This document shows, piece after piece, positions 10,462 through 19,050 of a stretch of DNA of 48,045 nt. Every line of letters starts with the position of its first letter. Within the stretch, counting starts at the first letter, position 1. This DNA is from an uncultured Pseudomonadota bacterium (GTDB taxonomy: Bacteria; Pseudomonadota; Gammaproteobacteria; Burkholderiales; SCOH01). A program made the translations under genes and the position numbers. The stretch lies in contig CALMFQ010000362.1 in NCBI GenBank assembly GCA_937863215.1, positions 1-48,045 on the forward strand, written 5' to 3'. The notes beneath the pieces are model-generated. The model did no database searches. It saw nothing but the letters and a program-made list of their open reading frames with translations, and was not told the DNA's origin.

Positions 10462-10674
10462 TTAATCTGTAAAATTATCGCATGAATCGGTAGCAAGAAA
10501 GTACCGATTTACTGGCTGTATGGGTGGATTGTTGCATCGTGCAGCTCAACCGCCATACCGGGGAGCCAGCGATACGCCGGCAACTGCCGACCCCGCACAG
10601 TAAAGCCACTTGCCGCTTCCGATGGAGCCAGCGCCACGCCGGATGCGCAGGTTTTACAACAGGAGTTTGATCGA

Positions 10675-10728
10675 ATGATTCATGGCTTGCGCCAAAAGCT
10701 GTTTTTTATTACAGTTAACTGCAATTAA
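10675..10728 (+). CDS. candidate 17-codon upstream ORF / leader peptide
   Basis: AGGAG (10661-10665), 9 nt, then ATG; MIHGLRQKLFFITVNCN, stop TAA at 10726-10728, 32 nt before the radical SAM start. No other support. Confidence 0.2.
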   Translation: MIHGLRQKLFFITVNCN

Positions 10729-10760
10729 TTACACACCGAATATTCCCCAGCGGGCAGACA

Positions 10761-11822
10761 ATGAACAAGCCAGTCAAAGGCAGGGGCGCGAGCCTGAATC
10801 CACATAACCGTTTTGAAAGCCGATTGCGTGAAGCAGTGGACGATGGCTGGCAAGCCGACGCCGACACAGGACAAACGACTGCGACCAAAATCGAATTCTG
10901 GCCGGCAAAGGCGATCATCAGCCGCAATAACTCAGCGGATATTCCATTCAGCCAGTCAATCAACCCTTATCAGGGATGCGAGCATGGCTGTATTTATTGC
11001 TATGCACGGCCAAGTCACGCCTATTGGGGATTTTCGCCCGGTCTGGATTTCGAGACCCGCCTGATCGCCAAGCCGAACGCTGCAGCTCTGCTGCGTACCG
11101 AATTGTCCCGGCCAGGCTACCTGCCGAGTCCGATCTGTCTGGGAGCGAACACCGATCCGTATCAACCGGTGGAGCGCAAGCTGAAGTTGACGCGGGAGTT
11201 GCTGGAAGTCCTGCTGGAAACGCGCCACCCACTGACCATCATCACCAAGAATGCGCTGATCGAACGCGATCTGGATTTGCTGCAGCCACTGGCAGAGCAT
11301 GGATTGCTGCAGGTGCTGATTTCGTTGACCAGTCTGGATTCCGAACTGTCGCGCCGCCTGGAGCCGCGTGCCAGTACCCCGCTCCGGCGTCTGCAGACGA
11401 TCCGCTGCCTGGCGGATGCCGGCATTCCAGTCGGCGTGCTGATTGCGCCGATTATTCCGGCACTCAATGATCAATATCTGGAAGCGCTATTGCAGCAGGC
11501 GCGCGAACACGGTGCCAAGCATGCCAGTTATGCGCTGTTGCGTTTGCCACTGGAAGTGGCGGATTTGTTCGAGCAATGGCTGATCAGTCACTACCCGGAT
11601 CGGGCTGGGCATGTATTGAGCCTGGTGCGACAGTCGCGGGAAGGGAAGCTGAATCAGGCCGGATTCGGCCAGAGAATGCGCGGCAACGGTAATTTCGCCA
11701 CACTGATTGCACAACGCTTCCGCCTTGCCTGGCGTCGGCTGGGATATACCCATTCCCCGCCGCAGCTAGATTGCAGCCAGTTCAGACGACCCGCGGCAGA
11801 TGGCCAACTGGCGTTGTTCTGA
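10761..11822 (+). CDS. PA0069-family radical SAM protein (SplB-like, COG1533-type)
   Basis: 353-aa ORF with the CEHGCIYCYAR CxxxCxxC cluster motif after the N-terminal GRGASLNPHNRF segment typical of this family. Confidence 0.85.
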   Translation: MNKPVKGRGASLNPHNRFESRLREAVDDGWQADADTGQTTATKIEFWPAKAIISRNNSADIPFSQSINPYQGCEHGCIYCYARPSHAYWGFSPGLDFETRLIAKPNAAALLRTELSRPGYLPSPICLGANTDPYQPVERKLKLTRELLEVLLETRHPLTIITKNALIERDLDLLQPLAEHGLLQVLISLTSLDSELSRRLEPRASTPLRRLQTIRCLADAGIPVGVLIAPIIPALNDQYLEALLQQAREHGAKHASYALLRLPLEVADLFEQWLISHYPDRAGHVLSLVRQSREGKLNQAGFGQRMRGNGNFATLIAQRFRLAWRRLGYTHSPPQLDCSQFRRPAADGQLALF

Positions 11823-11853
11823 TGCGCTTTGTCGGGGTCGGGACTGCCCGCAT

Positions 11854-11908
11854 GCATCCGGAGCCGGCACGAGCGGTGCCACCCCTTATGTATTCATGCT
11901 CCGGATGC
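11854..11908. terminator. nested inverted repeat between convergent genes (probable bidirectional terminator)
   Basis: An 11-bp perfect inverted repeat, GCATCCGGAGC (11854-11864) / GCTCCGGATGC (11898-11908), encloses an inner GGCAC..GTGCC hairpin. It lies between the radical SAM stop and the DUF3149 stop. Confidence 0.5.
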
Positions 11909-11952
11909 CTCCCTTGCCGGACATATCCCGATTGTCTGCAAGACAGCGAGCG

Positions 11953-12081
11953 TTATTCGTTGTTGTTCATCTTGTGCAGGAACATACGGACGAAATACCC
12001 ACCCATTACGATGACAAACACAATCACCAGCAAACTCAGACGACCTACGTCGTCGGACAGCAATTCTTGCCATAAAGTCAT
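11953..12081 (-). CDS. DUF3149-like small membrane protein
   Basis: Hand-found 42-aa ORF MTLWQELLSDDVGRLSLLVIVFVIVMGGYFVRMFLHKMNNNE. GGGAGG SD lies upstream of ATG 12081. One TM helix; the pattern matches DUF3149 as I recall it. Confidence 0.65.
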   Translation of the reverse strand: MTLWQELLSDDVGRLSLLVIVFVIVMGGYFVRMFLHKMNNNE

Positions 12082-12301
12082 GGTAAAGCCTCCCTGTAGA
12101 AACCCGATTCGCAAGGATAGTTATACCCATTTCACTTATATGGCTATTTGACACAAATCAATCTTCGCCGGCAAACCTTGCACCAATCCGTTGTCTGGCT
12201 ACGCAGACAGCGGCAAGACGGATCACTGCGGAGAATCGACATGTGCGCTACTGCGGGAAAGCCATATAATTGCGGATTGCCAATCCACTGCCCCGTTTTC
12301 C

Positions 12302-13390
12302 ATGCCAGCCTTGCCCGCCCAGATCCGTATCAGCGCCCTGCTCACCTACTGCCGGGCTGGCTTCGAACAGGAAAGCGCCGCCGAACTGCATGACCAGCTG
12401 GCGCCGCTTGACCTGAGCGCCAACTTTACCGTTATTGCAAACAGTGCCTACGTGCTGTGTGAATTCGCCCAGCCGCAGGCCGCCAGTCGCCTGGCTTCCA
12501 TTGCCTGGACGCAGTTGATCTTCGCCCGCCAGCTGTTGTGGGTGGTTGGCGATATTGGCAATCTGCCGAACCGGGATCGCCTGACACCGATCGTCGCAGC
12601 GCTGGAGGCATTACCGCTGCAATATGACGATCTCTGGCTGGAGACGCCTGACACCAACGACGGCAAGACCTTGTCCGGTTTCTGTCGCCGCTTCGCACCG
12701 CTCCTGGAAGCTCCGCTGGCGGAAAAGCGCCTGCTGCGGCGCGATCAGGTTGGACTGCCGCGGCTGCACCTGTTTTTCCCGCAACAGGAGCGCTGCCTGA
12801 TTGCACTCAGCGTAGCTGGCAACCGCAGCGACTGGCCGATGGGGATTCCACGCCTGAAAATGCCGTTCGAAGCCCCCAGCCGCTCCACGCTGAAACTGGC
12901 AGAAGCGCTGCTGACGCTGCTCGACGAGACTACGCAACGACGCCTGCTCAAGCCCGGCATGCGTGCGGTCGACCTCGGTGCGGCGCCTGGCGGCTGGACC
13001 TGGCAACTGGCGAATCGCGGCCTGCGCGTTACCGCTGTAGACAATGGCCCGCTCAAGGGAGCCGTTCGCGATGACCCACTGGTTGAACACGTCCGCGCCG
13101 ACGGCTTCAAGTACCGGCCGCGCAAGCCGGTCGACTGGATGGTGTGCGATATGGTCGAGCAACCGGTGCGCATCACCCAGCTGGTCTGCGACTGGCTGAT
13201 TCAGGGTTGGGCACGGCAGGTCGTTTTCAACCTGAAACTGCCGATGAAAAAGCGCTACCAGGAAATCCAGCGCTGCTTCGCCCAGCTGGATCAGAAGCTG
13301 CACAAGGCCGGTATCGATTACCAGCTGCATGCCCGGCAGCTATACCACGATCGCGAGGAAATCACCGTCTATCTTGGGCGCAAGGGCTGA
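12302..13390 (+). CDS. rlmM: 23S rRNA (cytidine2498-2'-O)-methyltransferase
   Basis: [12 protein letters not shown].., [25 protein letters not shown] and [13 protein letters not shown] closely match E. coli RlmM. The internal start [24 protein letters not shown] at 12302 fits the RlmM N-terminus. Confidence 0.85.
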   Translation: MPALPAQIRISALLTYCRAGFEQESAAELHDQLAPLDLSANFTVIANSAYVLCEFAQPQAASRLASIAWTQLIFARQLLWVVGDIGNLPNRDRLTPIVAALEALPLQYDDLWLETPDTNDGKTLSGFCRRFAPLLEAPLAEKRLLRRDQVGLPRLHLFFPQQERCLIALSVAGNRSDWPMGIPRLKMPFEAPSRSTLKLAEALLTLLDETTQRRLLKPGMRAVDLGAAPGGWTWQLANRGLRVTAVDNGPLKGAVRDDPLVEHVRADGFKYRPRKPVDWMVCDMVEQPVRITQLVCDWLIQGWARQVVFNLKLPMKKRYQEIQRCFAQLDQKLHKAGIDYQLHARQLYHDREEITVYLGRKG

Positions 13391-13466
13391 CAATGTTTAC
13401 AGGCCGCGGCCGCTGTTCAATAATGGGCTGGCAAATACGCTGGATAACAATCCCAAAGGAGATCCC

Positions 13467-13901
13467 ATGCTGAAGGAGTTCAAGGAATTTGCCATGCGCG
13501 GCAATGTCGTCGATCTTGCCGTCGGTATCATTATCGGCGGTGCGTTCAGCAAGATTGTCGATTCGCTGGTCAAAGACGTGATCATGCCGCCAATCGGCCT
13601 GATTCTGGGTAATGTCGATTTCTCCAACCTGTTCCTGGTATTGAAACAGGGCAGCAAGGCGCCCGGCCCATACGAAACGCTGAAAGCCGCACAGGATGCC
13701 GGTGCGGTAACCATGAATTTCGGCCTGTTTTTCAACGTCATCATCAGCTTTCTGATCGTTGCGTTTGCCGTCTTCCTGCTGATCAAAGGCATCAACCGGA
13801 TGAAGCGCGAAGAAGCCGCTGCGCCGGCCGTACCGGCACCCACTCCGGAAGATATTGTCCTGCTGCGCGAAATTCGTGACAGCCTGAAGAGCCGCAACTG
13901 A
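13467..13901 (+). CDS. mscL: large-conductance mechanosensitive channel
   Basis: [44 protein letters not shown] is canonical MscL. AAAGGAG SD precedes ATG 13467. Confidence 0.95.
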   Translation: MLKEFKEFAMRGNVVDLAVGIIIGGAFSKIVDSLVKDVIMPPIGLILGNVDFSNLFLVLKQGSKAPGPYETLKAAQDAGAVTMNFGLFFNVIISFLIVAFAVFLLIKGINRMKREEAAAPAVPAPTPEDIVLLREIRDSLKSRN

Positions 13902-13965
13902 ATCCACTACCCGACAAAGCCGGCCGCCCGCATCCACGCGTGCGGCTTTTTCATATGGAATCAAT

Positions 13966-14442
13966 ATGTTGTCCAATATGCCACGAATATCGATTGCCAG
14001 CCTGGCATACGCCAGCGTATTGGCACTGCTGAGCCCGTTGGCACTGGCTCAGCCGGACTGCGCACAAGCGGCGGCAATGCTGAATCAGTATGCCGGGCGC
14101 TCGATCGATGAGCATGAACTGGACTCGATCCTGAATACGTTGAACCGCAGCCAGAACCGCCAGCTGCCGGACAAGTTCGTCACCAAGCGCGCAGCGCAGG
14201 CAGTGGGCTGGCAGCCCGGCTCCAGCCTGTGGTCAATGCCAACGCTGCACGGCAAGAGTATCGGCGGCGACCGCTTTGGCAACCGCGAGCATCGGTTGCC
14301 AGCGGGCCAATGGCGCGAAGCCGACCTGGATTATCGCGGCGGGCATCGCGGCAGCAAGCGCATCCTGTTCTCCAGCGACGGCAGGCGTTATGTGACCATC
14401 GATCACTACCGGACTTTTGTCGAGGTGCCAGCATGTCGTTGA
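13966..14442 (+). CDS. secreted barnase-family guanyl-specific ribonuclease
   Basis: Signal peptide (..LALLSPLALAQP). The C-terminal ~110 aa align with barnase: LPDKFVTKRAAQAVGW, GKSIGGDRFGNREHRLP, WREADLDY, GSKRILFSSD, TIDHYRTFVEV. The catalytic K, E, R and H are conserved. Confidence 0.9.
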   Translation: MLSNMPRISIASLAYASVLALLSPLALAQPDCAQAAAMLNQYAGRSIDEHELDSILNTLNRSQNRQLPDKFVTKRAAQAVGWQPGSSLWSMPTLHGKSIGGDRFGNREHRLPAGQWREADLDYRGGHRGSKRILFSSDGRRYVTIDHYRTFVEVPACR

Positions 14443-14696
14443 CCCGTTGCGTGTTACAGAATGTTCATACGCTGGCCGATTTTTATCGGCAACTGCACGC
14501 CCAGCTACCGTTGCCGCCTCATTTCGGCGACAACCAGGATGCGCTGTGGGATGCGCTGACCGGCGACCTGCCGGGGCCGCTGGAAATTGTCTGGAAACAA
14601 CCGCAGTTATTGGGCGCCGCGGCAGAACCGTTACAGGAACTGCTGCGCGATGCAGCCGAAGAACGCGACGACCTCTGTCTGTATCTACTACCTTGA
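14433..14696 (+). CDS. barstar-family ribonuclease inhibitor
   Basis: MSLTRCVLQNVHTLADFYRQLHAQLPLPPHFGDNQDALWDALTGDL..PLEIVW parallels barstar (..[38 protein letters not shown]). The start overlaps the RNase gene by 10 nt. Confidence 0.85.
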   Translation: MSLTRCVLQNVHTLADFYRQLHAQLPLPPHFGDNQDALWDALTGDLPGPLEIVWKQPQLLGAAAEPLQELLRDAAEERDDLCLYLLP

Positions 14697-14991
14697 CCGC
14701 GCGCAAACTGGTGTCGGAATAATTTACAATTCCGGCATCGTTGTGCCATTGCGCCTGCCGGCAACGAGCAGCACAGCGCTACCGGGGCGTTGCCCCGGAA
14801 GATGCGGTGCGGCGGCACCGGTCATGGCTTGGCGCTTGAACAGGAAAACCCTTTTGTTTGCCGATAGTTTTGTCGGATTATTTTACAGAAGCATTAACAA
14901 ATAAACGTAATACATTGATTTATAATGCGTGGCATATTTCTTGCGTGTTTTTAGAGTACAATACCCAAAACACATAAGAAGACAATACAAA

Positions 14992-15333
14992 ATGCTGTAC
15001 AACAAACGAGCCAACCCCAGAATCAGTTACCGCGCCCCTGCGCGCCTGATTCAATCCAAAGGATCGGGTATTCGCGCTACGGTGGAGGATATTTCCATTC
15101 ACGGCCTGCGTGTCCACCACGATATCCCTCTTACCGAACCCAATTGCCATCTGATCATGCAGGTCGCCGATACCGTAGTGCAGGCGCATTGCCGCATTGC
15201 CCGCATCGACGATCAACGCGAGGGCGGCGGCTTTGAAACCGGGCTGCAGTTCATCAAGTTCCTCAGTATCGGAGCGGTGCAACAGATTCAGGCCGTGCTT
15301 TCCAGCGGCAGTGGAATCGCTCTGCATTCCTGA
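14992..15333 (+). CDS. single-domain PilZ protein (c-di-GMP receptor family)
   Basis: 113 aa from MLYNK. RxxxR (RANPR) and DxSxxG (DISIHG) motifs at the expected spacing. An AT-rich leader lies upstream. Confidence 0.75.
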   Translation: MLYNKRANPRISYRAPARLIQSKGSGIRATVEDISIHGLRVHHDIPLTEPNCHLIMQVADTVVQAHCRIARIDDQREGGGFETGLQFIKFLSIGAVQQIQAVLSSGSGIALHS

Positions 15334-15454
15334 ACGACAAGCAGCCGTGCCTTTCGTGGCAGCTCGTGCGCAAGAATAGTGGATGGCAGAGCATATCTGC
15401 CAAAGCATCTGGCACAGGCGGGTATAATGCCTGCTTTGTTTCCGGCTGCCCGTA

Positions 15455-16909
15455 ATGGCTGATATCGTCCTCAGTACGCTGAATTCACGTTTTTCCCATG
15501 CATCGCTTGGCTTGCGCTATTTGCTGGCGAATATGGGCGAACTGGCGTCGCGCACCCAGCTGGCGGAGTTCGTCATCAATCAGCGCCCGCTTGACGTGGT
15601 CGAGCGCCTGCTGGCATTGCAACCGCAAATCGTCGGCTTCGGCGTGTACATCTGGAATATCGAGGAAACCACGCGCGTTGTGGCGCAACTGAAACAAGTG
15701 CGCCCGGACATCGCAATCGTGCTTGGCGGCCCTGAAGTCAGCCACGAACTGGAGTCGCAGCTGATCCTGCGCTACGTCGATCACGTGATCACCGGCCCCG
15801 GCGACGTCAGTTTCTCCAAGTTGTGCCAAGCCCTGCTGCATGGACCGAAGCCGCTGCAGAAAGTCATTGCCGGAGAACAAGTGCCGCTGGCGCAGCTGCA
15901 ATTTCCTTACCACCTGTATAGTGACGACGATCTGGCGCATCGGCTGGTTTATGTCGAAGCATCGCGCGGCTGCCCGTTCAAATGCGAGTTCTGCCTGTCG
16001 TCGCTGGACAAGACGTCGTGGCCGTTTCCGCTCGATGCCTTTCTGCAACAGCTGCAGCAGTTGTATGAACGTGGTGCGCGGACGTTCAAGTTCGTCGACC
16101 GCACTTTCAATCTGAATATCAAGAGCAGCCTGCGCATTCTCGATTTCTTCCTGCAGCGGCTGACACCGGATCTGTTCGTGCACTTCGAAGTGATTCCGGA
16201 TCACCTGCCCGATACGCTGAAACAGGCAATTGCACAGTTTCCGGAAGGCGTGTTGCAACTGGAAATCGGCATTCAGACTTTCAACCCGGAAGTACAGGCG
16301 CTGATCAGCCGCAAGCAGGACAATGCCAAAAGCGAGGCCAATCTGCGCTGGCTGAGTCAGCACAGCCGCGCACATATTCATTCTGACTTGATCGCCGGGT
16401 TGCCGGGCGAGGATATGCTCAGCTTTGCTGCCGGCTTCAACCGGCTATGGGCGCTCGGGCCGCAGGAAATCCAGCTCGGCATACTCAAGCGTCTCAAGGG
16501 TACACCGATCGCGCGTCACACCGAGGCTTTCGATATGCGCTATAACCCGCTGCCGCCATACAACATCCTGAGCAATCGCGATCTGGATTTCGTCACACTG
16601 CAGCGGCTCAACCGTTTCGCCCGTTACTGGGATCTGATCGGCAATAGCGGCCGTTTTCCCAATACGCTGCCGCTGCTGCTCGGCGATCTACCGTTCGAGC
16701 GCTTCATGGCGTTCAGCGACTGGCTGTGGAGCCATTCCCGCCAGACCTACCAGATCGCGCTGGAACGGCTTTATGATCTGGTCTATACCTGGCTGGCACA
16801 ACAAACCCCGCCACACCATGCACTGGCCGAATTGCTCGCTGCAGACTATCGCAGCTCCGGTGCACGCGGTGCGCCGGCTTTTTTGCCGCTGGCCAAAGCT
16901 ACGGCCTGA
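15455..16909 (+). CDS. B12-binding-domain radical SAM protein with DUF4080-type C-terminus
   Basis: 484-aa ORF with an N-terminal B12-binding-like Rossmann segment, the YVEASRGCPFKCEFCLSS cluster motif, and a long C-terminal extension as in DUF4080 proteins. Confidence 0.85.
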   Translation: MADIVLSTLNSRFSHASLGLRYLLANMGELASRTQLAEFVINQRPLDVVERLLALQPQIVGFGVYIWNIEETTRVVAQLKQVRPDIAIVLGGPEVSHELESQLILRYVDHVITGPGDVSFSKLCQALLHGPKPLQKVIAGEQVPLAQLQFPYHLYSDDDLAHRLVYVEASRGCPFKCEFCLSSLDKTSWPFPLDAFLQQLQQLYERGARTFKFVDRTFNLNIKSSLRILDFFLQRLTPDLFVHFEVIPDHLPDTLKQAIAQFPEGVLQLEIGIQTFNPEVQALISRKQDNAKSEANLRWLSQHSRAHIHSDLIAGLPGEDMLSFAAGFNRLWALGPQEIQLGILKRLKGTPIARHTEAFDMRYNPLPPYNILSNRDLDFVTLQRLNRFARYWDLIGNSGRFPNTLPLLLGDLPFERFMAFSDWLWSHSRQTYQIALERLYDLVYTWLAQQTPPHHALAELLAADYRSSGARGAPAFLPLAKATA

Positions 16910-16956
16910 GGCCGTTTGCCATCATCGTTCCGCCCAATCCAGCAGGCCACACACCC

Positions 16957-18048
16957 ATGTCTCCGTCCCGATCGCTGCAACGGTTTGAAAACTACGCGCA
17001 ACTCGCCATCGTTTTCACTCTGATTTTTGCCTGCTACAAGTTGTTTGCGCCGTTCATCGGCGCAATGGTGTGGGGGGCGATCATTGCCATTTTGCTGTGG
17101 CCGCTGTTTTTCCGCATCGACCGGCGACTGGCCGGACGCCACGGCTGGGCAGCCACGCTGCTGGGGATGTTACTGGCACTGGTACTGGTGATTCCGCTGA
17201 TCACGCTGGGCTTGTCGGTTGTGGATGGCGTGAACTGGGTGCTGCAGCAGCCGTTCGATCTGGAAAGCCTGAAACAGCGCGAATTGCCACCGTGGCTGGT
17301 GAATTTGCCACTGGTCGGTGCACCGCTGCTGCATGGCTGGCAGAACATGATGACGCATCTGAGCGACACCTTGCAGCAGGTCACCCCGTTTCTGCGCGAT
17401 ATGGTGTTGTGGCTGCTGAAAAAAGGCACCGGCGCCGGAATGGCGGCAGTACAGTTCCTGATCGCGATCATCGTAGCGATGGTGCTACTGGCCAAACACC
17501 AGGCCTGCAACGATTTCGCCCGGCGCCTGGCACAGCGCATTTCGCCGACGCGCGGCGAATTCCTGCTGGATCAGGCACAACGCACCGTGCGTGGCGTTTC
17601 GATGGGGGTAATGGGTACAGCCTTCGCCCAGGCAGCCCTGACGGCACTGGGCCTGCTGGTGTGCGGTGTGCCGGCGGCTGCCGCGCTGGGGTTCGCCACG
17701 TTTCTGGTGGCGGTCATCCAGCTGCCGACCTTTTTCGTCTGGGCGCCTGCAGCGTTCTGGCTCTATAGCAGCGGCGATCACTTCTGGGCTGGGGCGCTGG
17801 CAGTATGGGGATTGGTAGTGGTGAATACCATCGACAACGTGCTCAAACCGTACCTGATCAGCCAGGGCGCGAGCCTGCCGCTGCCATTGATCTTTATCGG
17901 CGTAATCGGCGGCCTGCTGGCCTGGGGTTTCGTCGGTCTGTTCATCGGCCCGACCATTCTGGCGATGGCCTATACGCTGATGCTCGATTGGCTTTACCTG
18001 ACCGAAAGCGAATCGGCACAATCCGTCGCCGAATCACCAAAGGAATAA
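16957..18048 (+). CDS. AI-2E family (PerM/UPF0118) transporter
   Basis: 363-aa polytopic membrane protein. The C-terminal signature ..TIDNVLKPYLISQGASLPLPLIFIGVIGGLLAWGFVGLFIGPTILAMAY is typical of the family. Confidence 0.8.
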   Translation: MSPSRSLQRFENYAQLAIVFTLIFACYKLFAPFIGAMVWGAIIAILLWPLFFRIDRRLAGRHGWAATLLGMLLALVLVIPLITLGLSVVDGVNWVLQQPFDLESLKQRELPPWLVNLPLVGAPLLHGWQNMMTHLSDTLQQVTPFLRDMVLWLLKKGTGAGMAAVQFLIAIIVAMVLLAKHQACNDFARRLAQRISPTRGEFLLDQAQRTVRGVSMGVMGTAFAQAALTALGLLVCGVPAAAALGFATFLVAVIQLPTFFVWAPAAFWLYSSGDHFWAGALAVWGLVVVNTIDNVLKPYLISQGASLPLPLIFIGVIGGLLAWGFVGLFIGPTILAMAYTLMLDWLYLTESESAQSVAESPKE

Positions 18049-18056
18049 ACAAACGC

Positions 18057-18902
18057 ATGCTGAGTTACCGCCACGCCTTTCATGCCGGCAACCACGCCGA
18101 TGTGCTGAAACACTTCGTCCTGTTGCAACTGCTTGAATACTACTGCCGCAAGGACAAACCGTTCTGGTATATCGATACCCACGCCGGAGCCGGTGTGTAC
18201 AGCCTTACCGAAGGCTATGCAACCAAGAATGCCGAATTTGCCGCGGGCATCGGCCGCTTGTGGAATGCCGCCGATTTACCGCTACCGCTGCAGGCGTATG
18301 TTGCGGAAATCCGCGCGCTGAACGCAAACGGCAAACTGGAGTTTTACCCCGGCTCGCCATGGCTGGCATGGCACGCGGTACGCGAACAGGACAAATTGCG
18401 GCTGTTCGAATTGCACCCGAGCGATCATGAAATCCTGGCAGCTAATTTTGCCGACGTCAGTCGCCAGGTGAAAATCAACAAGGCCGATGGCTTTGATGGA
18501 TTGAAAGCGTTGCTGCCGCCGGCCACACGCCGCGCCGTGGTATTGATCGATCCGCCATACGAGGACAAGGGTGATTATGCTCGGGTTGTCGCCAGTTTGC
18601 GCGATGCACTGAAACGCTTCGCTACAGGCTGTTATGCAATCTGGTATCCGTTACTGCAACGTAACGAATCGCGACAACTGGTAGAACAACTGCGCGGCGT
18701 TGCCGGCAACAACTGGCTGCACGCCAGCTTGACCGTCCACACGCCCGGCGCCGATGGATTTGGCATGCACGGTAGCGGCATGTTTATCGTCAATCCGCCA
18801 TACACGCTGCCGCAAGTATTGCAACAGGTGATGCCGTATCTGCGCGACGCCTTGCAGATCGACTCCGGCGCAAGCTTCGAACTCAGCCACCAGATCGACT
18901 AA
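18057..18902 (+). CDS. rlmJ: 23S rRNA (adenine2030-N6)-methyltransferase
   Basis: The MLSYRHAFHAGNHADVLKH N-terminus is nearly identical to E. coli RlmJ. DPPYE motif present (LIDPPYEDKGDY). The internal start at 18057 is 8 nt after the transporter stop. Confidence 0.85.
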   Translation: MLSYRHAFHAGNHADVLKHFVLLQLLEYYCRKDKPFWYIDTHAGAGVYSLTEGYATKNAEFAAGIGRLWNAADLPLPLQAYVAEIRALNANGKLEFYPGSPWLAWHAVREQDKLRLFELHPSDHEILAANFADVSRQVKINKADGFDGLKALLPPATRRAVVLIDPPYEDKGDYARVVASLRDALKRFATGCYAIWYPLLQRNESRQLVEQLRGVAGNNWLHASLTVHTPGADGFGMHGSGMFIVNPPYTLPQVLQQVMPYLRDALQIDSGASFELSHQID

Positions 18903-18916
18903 AGACTAAATAAAAA

Positions 18917-18947
18917 CGCCCGGACTTGGCTACCAGCCATCCGGGCG
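18917..18947 (-). terminator. rho-independent terminator downstream of tilS
   Basis: CGCCCGGA..(inner TGGCT-acc-AGCCA)..TCCGGGCG hairpin. On the minus strand it is followed by TTTTTATTT. Confidence 0.7.
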
Positions 18948-19050
18948 CAACGCTCGCTGCTTGTTGCTCGGGTTTGCGACATCACCGCGATAATGTCGCG
19001 CCACCCGAATGGCAGTATAGTCAACTTGCTTCGGCAAAAAAGATATTTCG

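Noticed and set aside
9961-10549. 11-nt direct repeat GTGCAGCTCAA (9961-9971 and 10539-10549) flanking the orphan ORF, considered as att-like target duplication.
   Set aside because: Exact 11-mers are expected to recur by chance many times in 48 kb. No integrase or further flanking similarity is present.
14740-14860. Possible c-di-GMP (GEMM) riboswitch upstream of the PilZ gene.
   Set aside because: The conserved GEMM-I strings as I recall them (GCACAGGGCAAA-like and ACGCAAAGCC..CCGG-like) are absent.
14901-14930. Possible dif/Xer recombination site (cgtaatacattgatttataatgcg resembles CATAATGTATATTATG).
   Set aside because: The arms are not inverted repeats of each other, and the spacing does not fit the 11-6-11 dif layout. 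This is only a patchy AT-rich resemblance.
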